Assembly (NCBI GenBank): GCA_963829235.1 | Contig: CAWHIF010000007.1 | Span: forward strand, 67,723-131,722 | From: an uncultured Acidimicrobiaceae bacterium | GTDB lineage: Bacteria > Actinomycetota > Acidimicrobiia > Acidimicrobiales > RAAP-2 | DNA: 64,000 nt | Reading direction: 5' to 3' | In this document: in pieces, positions 1 to 8,920 of the stretch | How positions within the stretch are numbered: the stretch's first letter is position 1 | How the letters are laid out: each line of letters begins with the position of its first letter | Program-made: the position numbers and the translations under genes | Notes under the pieces: generated by a model | Database searches by the model: none | Seen by the model: the letters and a program-made list of their open reading frames with translations, nothing else | What the model was told of the DNA's origin: nothing

Positions 1-1
1 C

Positions 2-121
2 GAGTTCTGCGCCCTCTACGACGAGGTGTCCTTCGACCCCGACTACCGGAGCGAGCCGATCGACACCTTCGAGCCCATGGTCCGTCGCGTGCTCGACCTC
101 CAGTGGGCGCCTCCGCGCTGA
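2..121 (+). CDS. 3' end of an unidentified CDS truncated by the window edge
   Basis: The frame is open from position 2 to TGA at 119-121, with G/C-rich third codon positions. The translation EFCALYDEVSFDPDYRSEPIDTFEPMVRRVLDLQWAPPR carries no motif I can assign. Confidence 0.5.
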   Translation, partial: EFCALYDEVSFDPDYRSEPIDTFEPMVRRVLDLQWAPPR

Positions 122-224
122 CCCGCCGTGACCGGGGCCGTGCTGACGTCGGTTGCGCTCACGGAGTGGGCCCCGGCGGGCGGCTGACCGATGAGCCCAC
201 GCCACCGAGCCGAGTCTGCAGATC

Positions 225-767
225 ATGAAGAGATCCAACCTCGCCGACCTCTACGGGTTGCCGTTCCTCGAGTGGGCACCCATCGAGATCCCGCCTCGAG
301 CAAGGCGTGACCCAGGCGCCGCGGCACGGGCGGTCCCAACCGGCACACGTGTTGGCTGGCCACCGTCAACGGGGACGGGAGCCCACACGTCACCGGGGTC
401 GGAGCACTCTGGGTGGACGGTACGTTCTGGTTCGAGACGGGCCAACGGACCCGCAAGGGGAGGAACCTCGCCCGGGACCCGCGATGCACGTTGAGCCTGG
501 CCACCGATGATTTCGATCTCGTCGTGGAAGGCGAGGCCCACAAGGTCACCGAGCCGGGCACGGTTGCCGCCATGGCCGCTGCAGTGGAGGGCCCAGGGTT
601 GGCCGGCCCGGGTGGACGACACCGGGCTCGCTCTCACCGCCGAGTACAGCGCACCGTCCGCCGGGCCACCCCCGTGGACGGTGTACCGGCTCACCGTCCG
701 CACCGCCACCGTGCTCCAGACCGTCGAACCGGGCGGTGCCACCCGCTGGACATTCTCCGGGGAGTAA
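225..767 (+). pseudogene. PPOX-class (pyridoxamine 5'-phosphate oxidase fold) protein disrupted by at least three frameshifts
   Basis: One PPOX-like protein is spelled across several frames. It runs MKRSNLADLYGLPFLEW (frame of 225), then LEQGVTQAP (frame of 307), then WLATVNGDGSPHVTGVGALWVDGTFWFETGQRTRKGRNLARDPRCTLSLATDDFDLVVEGEAHKVTEPGTVAAMAAA (frame of 413). It ends with WRAQGWPARVDDTGLALTAEYSAPSAGPPPWTVYRLTVRTATVLQTVEPGGATRWTFSGE and a stop at 765-767 (frame of 507). Confidence 0.7.
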
Positions 768-811
768 CGAGCAGCGGCGCTTCGGCGATCTGGCACCGCA
801 CGATCCGCGCT

Positions 812-1040
812 GCTAGGTTCGGGCCTCTCAGTACATGCAGCACGTTGGGGAAGCCGGTCGAAGTCCGGCGCTGGTCCGCAACCGTAGGTGACGACGCCAT
901 CAGTCCGTCACGAGCCGGGATACCACCGCACTGCACCAGTGAGTCCATACCCGTCGAGAAACGCGGCAAGGACTCGGTCGGTCACGGACCCTCGTGGGTG
1001 TTGCGGCTTCCGGGTCATTGCCCTGGAAGCGAGGAACCAT
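812..1040 (+). promoter_or_regulatory. cobalamin (B12) riboswitch-like leader with an RBS-sequestering hairpin
   Basis: GGTTC lies at 816-820. The core GGGGAAGCCGGTCGAAGTCCGGCGCTGGTCCGCAACCGTAGG (about 847-888) fits the GGGAA..CCGGUGnAAnUCCGG.GCnG..CCGCnACnGUA pattern. A GTGACG/CGTCAC hairpin is followed by a B12-box-like GAGCCGGGATACCACC (911-926). GCTTCCGGG (1006-1014) can pair with CCCTGGAAGC (1021-1030), which covers the RBS GGAAGCGAGGAA in front of ATG 1044. Confidence 0.75.
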
Positions 1041-1043
1041 CCC

Positions 1044-2391
1044 ATGTCCACCAAGCGCATCTTTGCGTCAGCAGCCCTCGGGGCCTGTCTGACGGTCGCT
1101 GTTGTCGCGGGACCGGCAACGGCACATGCGGCCGGCACGCCGGCGACCACCCCCCTGCCCGACGCTTCCCCAGGTCACCTCGGCCCTGAACGGGGCCGGC
1201 TGGTTGGCCGGCCAACTCGACCCGGCAGGCGACGTCCCCGCCGGGACAACACCTGATCTCGCCGCCACCGCCAACGTGGCGCTCGCCCTGGCCAGCACGG
1301 GAACCGACCCGGGTGCCGCCCATCGGGCCCTCGCCTACCTCGAATCCCACGTGAACGGCTACGTCCACGTCGACGGAAGCGACGGACCCGGCCAGCTGGC
1401 CCTGCTCATCCTCGACGTCCATGCCCTGGGCGGGAACCCGAGGTCGTTCGGGGGGACCGATCTGGTCTCCCGCCTGCTGGCCACCGAGCGGACGTCCGGT
1501 GCCGACAAGGGCCTGTTCGGAGCCCAGGACCCGACCTACGACGGTGCCTACCGTCAAGGTCTGGCTCTCGCCGCCCTGGCCGGCGCCGGCGTGTCGAGCC
1601 AGGCGCAGGTGGGATCGGCGGAAAACTGGCTCCTCGGACAACAGTGCCCGGACGGAGGATGGACCAGCTTCATCACCTCCGACAATCCGTGCACCGGCAA
1701 TCCGGCCGACTTCGAGGGCCCGGACACCAACTCGACGGCCCTCGCCATCCAGGGTCTTTCGGCCCAGGGCGTCCTCGGGTCCACGGCCGCCGGCAAGGCG
1801 GCCGCCTTCCTACGGGGTGCGCAGGACAGCGACGGCGGCTGGGGATACGAACCCGGCACCGCCCGCGCTCCGGGCTCGACGGACCCAGATTCGACGGCAC
1901 TGGTCATCCAGGCGATTCTGGCGCTCGGCCAGTCCCCGTCGGCCGTCACCTTCGACAGGGGAAAGGCCAACCCCATCTCGGCCCTGCTCTCATTCCAGCT
2001 GACGTCGGGATCCGGCAAGGGCGCATTCCGCTACCCCGGCAGTACCGCCCCCAACCTCCTGGCCACCTATCAGGCCGTTCCGGCCGCGGCCTCGGTCAAG
2101 CTCCCGTTCAACCTCGCCGTCACGACGTCGTCACTCCGGAACGGTGCCGTCGGCGTCCCCTACTCGGCCACGCTGTCCGCCCGCGGTGGCAACGGTCCCC
2201 ACACCTGGCAGTTGGTCGGTGGCTCGGCGTTGCCGGCAGGTCTGGTCCTCACCCGTGGTTCCGGTGTCATCTCGGGCAAGCCGAAGCACTCGGGAACGAC
2301 GAGGTTCACGGTGGAGGTGGTCGACACCGAGACGACGACCGTTCCCCACACCCAGGACATCGCCTGGAAGGTGCTCTCGATCTCCGTTTGA
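1044..2391 (+). CDS. secreted prenyltransferase/squalene-cyclase-repeat (alpha/alpha toroid) protein with a C-terminal Ig-like (He_PIG-type) domain; an apparent frameshift separates the signal peptide from the mature part
   Basis: The signal peptide MSTKRIFASAALGACLTVAVVAGPATAHA (ATG 1044, behind an RBS) is in a different frame from ORF 1102..2391. The frames switch near the C6 run at 1150-1155. The mature part has QxxDGGW-type repeats (QQCPDGGW, AQDSDGGWGY). The C-terminus reads GVPYSATLSARGGNGPHTWQLVGGSALPAGLVLTRGSGVISGKP. Confidence 0.8.
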
Positions 2392-2461
2392 ACCCGTACC
2401 CCACCGGGTGGTTCGCCGCACCTGCCCGACCCGGCGGCCGGGGGAGGTAGGTTGCAGGGCC

Positions 2462-2938
2462 ATGGCCATCGCCCCCTACATCCAGCGGCTCCGCACGTTG
2501 GTCGGTCACGAGCTGCTGGTGCTTCCCGGGGCGGCTGCCCTCCCACGCGACGAGCAGGGCAGAATCCTCCTGGTCAGGATCACCGATACCTCGCAGTGGG
2601 CGGCCATCGGCGGAGCGATCGAGCCCGACGAGTCACCGCAACAAGCCGCAATCCGGGAAGCCGAGGAGGAAGCCGGCGTCATCCTCCACGTCGGCCGCAT
2701 ACTTGGCGTGCTCGGCGGTCCCGAGTTCCGCATGCGCTACCCCAACGGCGATGAGACGTCATATGTGACGACGGTGTTCGATGCGACCGTCGTGGGCGGC
2801 TCTCCGAGGCCCGACGGTGAAGAGACGTGTGCAGTGAAGTGGTGGGATGGCGACGCCCTTCCCTATGACGAGATGAGCGGCTTCACACGGGCACTGCTGC
2901 GAGATGCCGGTGTCGGGTCCCCCCGGAGGAGCGACTGA
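2462..2938 (+). CDS. NUDIX hydrolase
   Basis: ATG 2462 follows GGGGGAGG. The Nudix box reads GGAIEPDESPQQAAIREAEEEAGV. Confidence 0.88.
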   Translation: MAIAPYIQRLRTLVGHELLVLPGAAALPRDEQGRILLVRITDTSQWAAIGGAIEPDESPQQAAIREAEEEAGVILHVGRILGVLGGPEFRMRYPNGDETSYVTTVFDATVVGGSPRPDGEETCAVKWWDGDALPYDEMSGFTRALLRDAGVGSPRRSD

Positions 2939-3048
2939 GCGGTTCGGCTCGACGAGCAACGCGGACCCGCCACGCCTTCCGGCCGAAGGACTTGACCATC
3001 CCCGGTGCGGGTCGTGAAGCTGGGCCCGGACCTCTTGAAGGGAATGAT

Positions 3049-3786
3049 GTGGCACGAATCGTGATGGTACACGGGGCATTCAACGAATTGTGGGGGCCGA
3101 ACGAGCTCAAGGCCCGGTGGCTGCCCGCGCTCCGGGACGGTCTCTGGCACCACGGTGTGGAGATCGACGACACCGATGCCGAGGTGTGCTTCTACGGGGA
3201 CCTCTTCCGAAGAGAACCGGGCACCGAGGAAGACCGGCGAATCGAGGAATCACGAGCCGGCATCGCCGACGCACTCTCCGATCTGTCCGGAAACGAGATG
3301 ATCCGGGCGCTGAGCCGGTTGGCGGGCGAAGCCGCGTTCGACCGCACCGTCGACCTGGTCACCATCATGGCCACGGAGCCGGACCTCCAAGCTCGGATGC
3401 GGGCACGGATGGAGTCCCTGGTCGACGGGGATACCCGGGTGATCGTGGCGCACTCGCTCGGATCCGTTCTGTCGTACATCGCCCTCAGCAACCACCCCGA
3501 CTGGAAGGTCGACACCTACATCACCCTGGGATCACCCCTGGCATCACCGATGTTGGACGGACTGGCGGGATCATTCGTCGATGACTTCGGAGCCTGGCCC
3601 GGTTCCGTCAAGCGGTGGGTGAACGTCCGCGCCCTCGACGACAAGGCGTGCTCCGTTTCGCTGACGGAGAGATTCGGCCCGAAGGTGGAAGAGGTGGTGG
3701 TCGACAACGGACATCGGGCCCACGCGCCGGAGCCGTACCTCAATTCGGCGGTCACCGGAGGGGCCATCGCCGCGGCGCTCTCCTAG
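3049..3786 (+). CDS. alpha/beta-hydrolase-fold (lipase/esterase-like) protein
   Basis: It has an IVMVHGAF N-terminal strand and an AHSLGS nucleophile elbow (GxSxG). The start is uncertain: GTG 3049 or TTG 2992 in the same frame. Confidence 0.7.
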   Translation: MARIVMVHGAFNELWGPNELKARWLPALRDGLWHHGVEIDDTDAEVCFYGDLFRREPGTEEDRRIEESRAGIADALSDLSGNEMIRALSRLAGEAAFDRTVDLVTIMATEPDLQARMRARMESLVDGDTRVIVAHSLGSVLSYIALSNHPDWKVDTYITLGSPLASPMLDGLAGSFVDDFGAWPGSVKRWVNVRALDDKACSVSLTERFGPKVEEVVVDNGHRAHAPEPYLNSAVTGGAIAAALS

Positions 3787-3852
3787 TCGATACCCGGGTG
3801 TCCACCGCAACCGGCGACGCCGGGGCTCCCGGGCGGCGCCGAGCCACCGGCG

Positions 3853-4632
3853 CTACTCCCGCCGGCACGAGACGCAGACGACGGCGGCGAACGGGGTCCA
3901 GAACCCCTCGTCACCCAGAAGGGCCATCGCCGCCTCGAACGTCTCCCGGCTCACGGGGGGAGCGCCGTTCGCCCGGGCGACAGCGGGATCGGTCAGCCGA
4001 TCCTCCACGGCCCGGAACGTGTGGGCCCAGAACGCGGCCTCGGCCGACCCGCCTTGGAGCATGGACGTGTCGACGGTCACGTCGAGGTCGGCCACGGGCA
4101 GCCGGGAGAGCGTGGTGGGGATCGTGCGGGCCCATGTCCATCCGGACACCAGTGCCGCGGCGACCTCGGCGAGTGCGGGCGATGTCATGCCGGCGAGGGG
4201 GAAGTAGTCGGCCTCCTCCAAGAGCAGCACGCCGCCCGGCCGGAGTGCGTCCACCAGCTCGGGGATGACGTCGTCGGCTCCGTCGAGGTGCATCAACGTG
4301 TTCCGGGTGTGGATGAGATCGACGGACGCCGGAGCGAACTCGAGGTCCTCGATCGACGCCTCCACGATCTCGACGTTGGACCGTCCGGCCAGATCGTGGA
4401 GGAGGGTCACATTGCGGTCGACGGCCAGCACGGTTCCGGTGTCACCGACACGCCGGGCCAGCCACGAAGCGATCGATCCGCCACCGGCGCCCAACTCCGC
4501 ACATCGCCATCCCTCCCCGACTCCAAGCTGGTCGAGGAGCCGGATGGACCTCGGGTCGGCCACAGCCTCGAGCAGACGAAGCCGATCTCCCTCGTCGGCG
4601 AGGGAGTTGTCGAACCAGTAACGATCCTTCAT
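3853..4632 (-). CDS. class I SAM-dependent methyltransferase
   Basis: SAM motif I reads CAELGAGGGS. The post-I acidic residue lies in LAVDRN. A Methyltransf_11/25-like core reads VDLIHTRNTLMHL...LRPGGVLLLEE. Confidence 0.82.
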   Translation of the reverse strand: MKDRYWFDNSLADEGDRLRLLEAVADPRSIRLLDQLGVGEGWRCAELGAGGGSIASWLARRVGDTGTVLAVDRNVTLLHDLAGRSNVEIVEASIEDLEFAPASVDLIHTRNTLMHLDGADDVIPELVDALRPGGVLLLEEADYFPLAGMTSPALAEVAAALVSGWTWARTIPTTLSRLPVADLDVTVDTSMLQGGSAEAAFWAHTFRAVEDRLTDPAVARANGAPPVSRETFEAAMALLGDEGFWTPFAAVVCVSCRRE

Positions 4633-4836
4633 GTCGTCAGTTTCGCAGCCCGGCCGGGGACGGCCACGAAGTCATCGGCCGGAAGGCGACCGGGCCCGAT
4701 CCGCCCGGCTGCACGGGCGGGGTCGGGCCCGGAGATCCGCACACCGGCTCTGGTACCATCGCTTCTTCCGACCGTGGCGGTCCCACCGGATGGCTCCGGC
4801 GGTTCCGTCAACGCAGGCAGAAAGGTCGACCAGGCA

Positions 4837-5124
4837 ATGATCCGACTCAGCGTGCTCTATCCGTCCACCGAGGGGGCCACCTTCGACCACGACTACTACC
4901 GCGACAAGCACGTACCGCTCGCGGTGAAGAACTGGGGGCTCGACGGCGCGGAGATCGACAAAGGGCTCGACGGTCCCTACGTCGCCGCGGTGCACTTCAA
5001 GTTCGAGTCGCCAGAGGCCCTGGCAACGGCGATGGGCGCCCCCGGAACCGGCGACGTACTGGCCGATGTGGCCAACTACACCACGATCGCCCCGGTCCTC
5101 CAGACCAGCGAGATCGTGGGCTGA
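4837..5124 (+). CDS. EthD-family protein
   Basis: The 95-aa product MIRLSVLYPSTEGATFDHDYYRDKHVPLAVKNWGL...AAVHFKFESPEALATAM shows the typical EthD/TIGR02118-like pattern. Confidence 0.8.
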   Translation: MIRLSVLYPSTEGATFDHDYYRDKHVPLAVKNWGLDGAEIDKGLDGPYVAAVHFKFESPEALATAMGAPGTGDVLADVANYTTIAPVLQTSEIVG

Positions 5125-5184
5125 GCGGAGGCCGCGCCGGCCAGGCGGGCCGGCCGGCCCCCTTGGGACCCCGTCGGCCTGTCG

Positions 5185-5943
5185 CTACGGGTGGGCCACC
5201 CAGTTCCAGTGATCCGACAGCTGCTCGAGGAACTCGGAGAGGCCGAGCGGTCCGATGCCTTCCATGTCGAACAACCGCAAGCCCACATCCCGGCACAGGA
5301 GATCGAAGAGCTCCTCGGACATTCCGGTGCCGAGCCCGTGCTCGAAGGCGATGACCGGCTTGGCTCGTCGCAAGGTGTCGACCGCCCCTTCGAGCACGTG
5401 GAGCTCCGCCCCCTCGACGTCGATCTTCACGAAGTCGGGAAGCCACCCGTCAGGACAGTTGTCATCCAGGCGTTCCGTCGTGACCGTGATCGTCTCGGTG
5501 CGCACCCCCTTGGGACGCCGGCCGGGCAAGTGCTCGGCCAGCCCGCTGAGGCCCTGGTGACCCGCATCGAGGACATGGACGAACTCCATCCGGCCGGCCA
5601 CGTTGGAGAGCGCACGCTCGCGGACCTCGATCGTCGGGAACTCCTGGGCCAGCTTCTCGCTCATGAGCGGAATGGGCTCGTAGGCGATGTGGTGACCGGC
5701 CGGGGCGACCCGCTGGATGTCGCGCAGGAAGATGCCCTGATTCGCCCCGACCTCGAGGCAGTTCGAGTCGGCCCGCAGTCCGAATCTGAGCAACAGCTTC
5801 AAGTGATAGTCGTCTCTCCGGTTTCGTCGGACGACCCAGTCGCCGTGATCCCCCTGGAGGAGGTGGACGAGCCGATCCCTGCCCTGCGCCACTGCCCGGC
5901 GTGCGCCCACCTGGTCAGCCCATCGCCCCAGCTCGTGCCGCAC
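5185..5943 (-). CDS. FkbM-family methyltransferase
   Basis: It contains CLEVGANQGIF (motif I) and DFVKIDVEGAELHVLEGA, characteristic of FkbM-type methyltransferases. It lies 10 nt downstream of the GtrA gene on the same strand. Confidence 0.85.
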   Translation of the reverse strand: MRHELGRWADQVGARRAVAQGRDRLVHLLQGDHGDWVVRRNRRDDYHLKLLLRFGLRADSNCLEVGANQGIFLRDIQRVAPAGHHIAYEPIPLMSEKLAQEFPTIEVRERALSNVAGRMEFVHVLDAGHQGLSGLAEHLPGRRPKGVRTETITVTTERLDDNCPDGWLPDFVKIDVEGAELHVLEGAVDTLRRAKPVIAFEHGLGTGMSEELFDLLCRDVGLRLFDMEGIGPLGLSEFLEQLSDHWNWVAHP

Positions 5944-5953
5944 GGGGCCAAGG

Positions 5954-6526
5954 TTACCGCCTGAGCGTTGTCGACTCGAAGGACCAACCGGGGGCGGTGC
6001 GTCCTGTCGCCGACAGCTCCTTGGGCTCGCGCCTTCTCCCCGACACCGACGTGGGTCCGGCCGCGTCGACCTGGGCCCGGTCGCGGTCGCCGGTGCGGAA
6101 CAGGACGCGATCGAGCATCTGGTACTGCACCACCCACAGGGTTCCGTAGGCGGCGATGTTCGCCGTCAGCACGGCCACGGTGTGGCTCCAGTGACTCCAC
6201 CCTGCGGTATGGCTCGCCATCATTCCGACGGCCAAGGTCGAAACCACGAGTCCGGTGCACGACAGTGCACAGAACGGCACGATCTGGCCGAACAGGGATG
6301 GCCGGCCGGTGGAGCTCCATACCCATCTCCGATTGAGCTCGAACGACGGCACCGTACCGACCGCGGTGGCAATGACGTTCGACCACGTGGCCGGAAGATC
6401 GACCAGGCCGACGAGGATGCCCAGGACGACCAGGCTCGTGGCCGTGGCCACGACGGACACCGCGGAGTACTTCATCAACCGGATGACGGTGGCGCGCCGG
6501 ATCGACCGATTCAGTCGCCGGATCAT
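5954..6526 (-). CDS. GtrA-family membrane protein
   Basis: The product starts MIRRLNRSIRRATVIRLMKYSAVSVVATATSLVVL and contains FELNRRWVW. It has four hydrophobic segments. The rest of the 512-aa track ORF upstream of this Met is Pro/Arg-rich noise. Confidence 0.85.
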   Translation of the reverse strand: MIRRLNRSIRRATVIRLMKYSAVSVVATATSLVVLGILVGLVDLPATWSNVIATAVGTVPSFELNRRWVWSSTGRPSLFGQIVPFCALSCTGLVVSTLAVGMMASHTAGWSHWSHTVAVLTANIAAYGTLWVVQYQMLDRVLFRTGDRDRAQVDAAGPTSVSGRRREPKELSATGRTAPGWSFESTTLRR

Positions 6527-6801
6527 GTGGGCGACGTGAGGTCGTAGACCGTTTGGCCGCCGATCGTCTTCGTGGTGAAGTGGGCCTCGACCCAGCTGGT
6601 GATGGCCGCGTCGCTGTTGGCGCCTCCCCCGCCACCCGGAGCGCCTCCGCCGCCGGCCCGGCCGGGACCACCCAACGTGGAGACGGCGGGACCGTCCGCC
6701 CACCCCGTGCAGCGGCGGCCGGAGGAGGGGCGTGTTCCGCAGCCATGGGCTGGGAGGAGGGGGGACGGGCGGCGGCGACACGGTGATGGACATGACGGCA
6801 T
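6523..6801 (-). CDS. small ORF or gene remnant with a tail like the C-terminus of family-39 (PMT/ArnT-like) glycosyltransferases
   Basis: Its TGA overlaps the GtrA ATG (ATGA at 6523-6526). The tail GGGGAPGGGGGANSDAAITSWVEAHFTTKTIGGQTVYDLT resembles the extreme C-terminus I associate with actinobacterial GT39 proteins. There is no membrane domain upstream. Confidence 0.4.
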   Translation of the reverse strand: MPSCPSPCRRRPSPLLPAHGCGTRPSSGRRCTGWADGPAVSTLGGPGRAGGGGAPGGGGGANSDAAITSWVEAHFTTKTIGGQTVYDLTSPT

Positions 6802-6950
6802 CCTCGGATCTGCTGCTGGGAGTGCGCTGGGGACGGGCTGGGTGGCGAGTAGGACCCGTCGGGGCCCGTCGACCCTGTGCGTGTCGGCGTGCAGGCATCC
6901 TGGGTCCAGTGGTAAGCCAAGACCTCACCATCCACCCAAGAGGAGGCAGC

Positions 6951-7796
6951 GTGCGGTGCGGACTGGTACTGGCCGGAGGGGGCGTCGCCGGCATCGCCTG
7001 GGAGCTCGGCGTCCTCCGTGGCATCGGGGACGCGGACACCGAGTTGCAGTCGGACGTCATCGCCGCCGACGTGGTGGTGGGAACGTCGGCCGGCTCAGCT
7101 GTCGGGGCGCAAATCACCAGCGGGACGGCCATCGAGGCCCTGTATGCGGCCCAGCTCGACGAGATCTCGTACGAGATCGAGGTCGATGTGGACCTCGAGG
7201 AGCTCATGACCCGATTCGTGGCCATCACCAGCGGGGCACAGGGCGCCGAGGACATGCGGCGGCGTATCGGTGCCCTTGCCCTCGATACGCCGACCGTCGG
7301 TGAGGCCGTTCGGCGCGCCGTCATCGCCGCCCGGCTGCCGGAACCATCGTGGCCGGACCGGAAGCTCCTCGTGACGGCCGTCGACGCGCACTCGGGTGCA
7401 CTGACCGTCTTCACCAAGGAGTCGGGCGTCGAACTGGCCGACGCGGTGGCGGCCAGCTGCGCCGTGCCCGGCGTCTGGCCACCGGTGACCATCGGTGGGC
7501 ACCGCTACATCGACGGAGGGGTTCGATCGGGCAGCAACGCCGACCTGGCCGTCGGCTGCGAGCGGGTGCTCGTGATCACCCCCTCGCGGGCCGATGCGCC
7601 GCAGCCCTGGGGGAACCTCGATGACGAGATCCATCGACTGGGACCGGCGGTCGTCCACGTCATCTCCGCCGATGTGGCGTCGATCACCGCGTTCGGCACC
7701 AACCCGCTCTCTCCGGCCGTCCGAGGGCCCTCCGCCCTCGCCGGGCGGGCCGTGGGCCGGGCCGCCGCAGCCGACCTCGCCGCCTTCTGGAGCTGA
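6951..7796 (+). CDS. patatin-like phospholipase
   Basis: GTG 6951 lies 4 nt after AGGAGG. Motifs present are LAGGGVAGIAW (oxyanion GGxR-type region), GTSAGS (GxSxG) and YIDGGV (catalytic Asp). Confidence 0.85.
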   Translation: MRCGLVLAGGGVAGIAWELGVLRGIGDADTELQSDVIAADVVVGTSAGSAVGAQITSGTAIEALYAAQLDEISYEIEVDVDLEELMTRFVAITSGAQGAEDMRRRIGALALDTPTVGEAVRRAVIAARLPEPSWPDRKLLVTAVDAHSGALTVFTKESGVELADAVAASCAVPGVWPPVTIGGHRYIDGGVRSGSNADLAVGCERVLVITPSRADAPQPWGNLDDEIHRLGPAVVHVISADVASITAFGTNPLSPAVRGPSALAGRAVGRAAAADLAAFWS

Positions 7797-7961
7797 TTGC
7801 CGCGCCGGGCGGCCGCCGGGGCCGATGTCGACGCCGCGGAGGTCCTCCGATGGGAGGCCCGTATCGCCGACGGGGAGGTGCGAGACCGGGCCGACCGGCA
7901 CGGTCCAAAAACCATTAACTCGATGGGTAGACTCGGGTTTCTCACGTATCCGGGAGGCTCG

Positions 7962-8839
7962 ATGACCACCAACGAGATCGCCGCCGCTACAAAGACCAGG
8001 TCCGGCAGCTGACTCCCCGCATCGGGGCCGAAATCAGCGGGGTGGACCTGGCCACGGAATTGCCCGACGAGACCCGGGCAGAGATCCGGACTGCCCTCCT
8101 CGCCCACCGGGTCGTCTTCTTTCGCGCCCAGCATCTCGACGCCGAAGGCCAGCTCGCCTTCGCCCGGGGGCTCGGTCCGCTCACCCGGGCCCATCCGACA
8201 CTTCCGGCGAGCAGCGTGAGCCGGCACTGTTCGACCTGGACTCAAAGCGGGCCCGGCCGCCAACCACTGGCACAGACTGAATTCGTCGAGCAACCGCCGA
8301 CGTTCTCGATACTCCGGGCCGTCGTCATCCCCGGATCGGCGGTGACACACTGTGGGCCACACGGTGGCCGGCTACGCTGACCCTGGCCCAGCACCGGGCC
8401 CTGGCCAACGAGCTCCGTGCCGTGCAGACCAACGGCAGGACTACGGCGGTCGACGTGGCGAAGGCCAAAGGACGGCTCCGGCCCGAGGAGCTCGAGCACC
8501 TGAAGACCTTCGTCTCGACCGTCAATGAAACGGAACACGGTGGTACGAACCATCCCGAAACCGGAGAGCCTCGCTCTGCTCGGAGGCTTCGCCCGACGCC
8601 TGGTGGGCCATCAGTCGGCCGGCGGTCGACATCCTGCGACCTTGCAGGCATACGTACGCGCCCCGAGAACACCGTGCGATGGCATGGCGTGCCGTCGACG
8701 TCGCCTTCTGGTACAACCGTTCGACGCAGCACGATGCCATCTACGACTACGGGACCCGGCGCCGGCATGTCGGCGCACCACCACCGCCGGCGTCATCCCC
8801 GTCGGGCTCGACGGTCGCCCGAGCATCGCGCTGAGGTGA
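7962..8839 (+). pseudogene. TauD/TfdA-family Fe(II)/2-oxoglutarate dioxygenase, heavily frameshifted
   Basis: ATG 7962 follows GGGAGG. Family-typical pieces are scattered over all three frames. They include LTPRIGAEISGVDLATELPDETRAEIRTALLAHRVVFFRAQHLDAEGQLAFARGLGPLTRAHPTLPAS, ANHWHTD-like, FVEQPPTFSILRAVVIPG, TEHGGTNHPETGEPRSA, LLGGFARRLVGHQSAGG, ENTVRWHG, DVAFWYNRSTQHDAIYDYGTRRRH and TTAGVIPVGLDGRPSIALR. Confidence 0.75.
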
Positions 8840-8920
8840 CCCGGCGGACTACTACCGGGAGAACTGACGGGACGGACAGGACCGGGTCGGCGCCGGCCGC
8901 ACGGGCCATCTGGCTGGCGC

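Noticed and set aside
5954-7492. The 512-aa ORF on the minus strand as one gene
   Set aside because: Only the last 190 aa (from MIRRLNRS, 6526) look like a protein (GtrA). The upstream 320 aa are antisense to the patatin gene and low-complexity.
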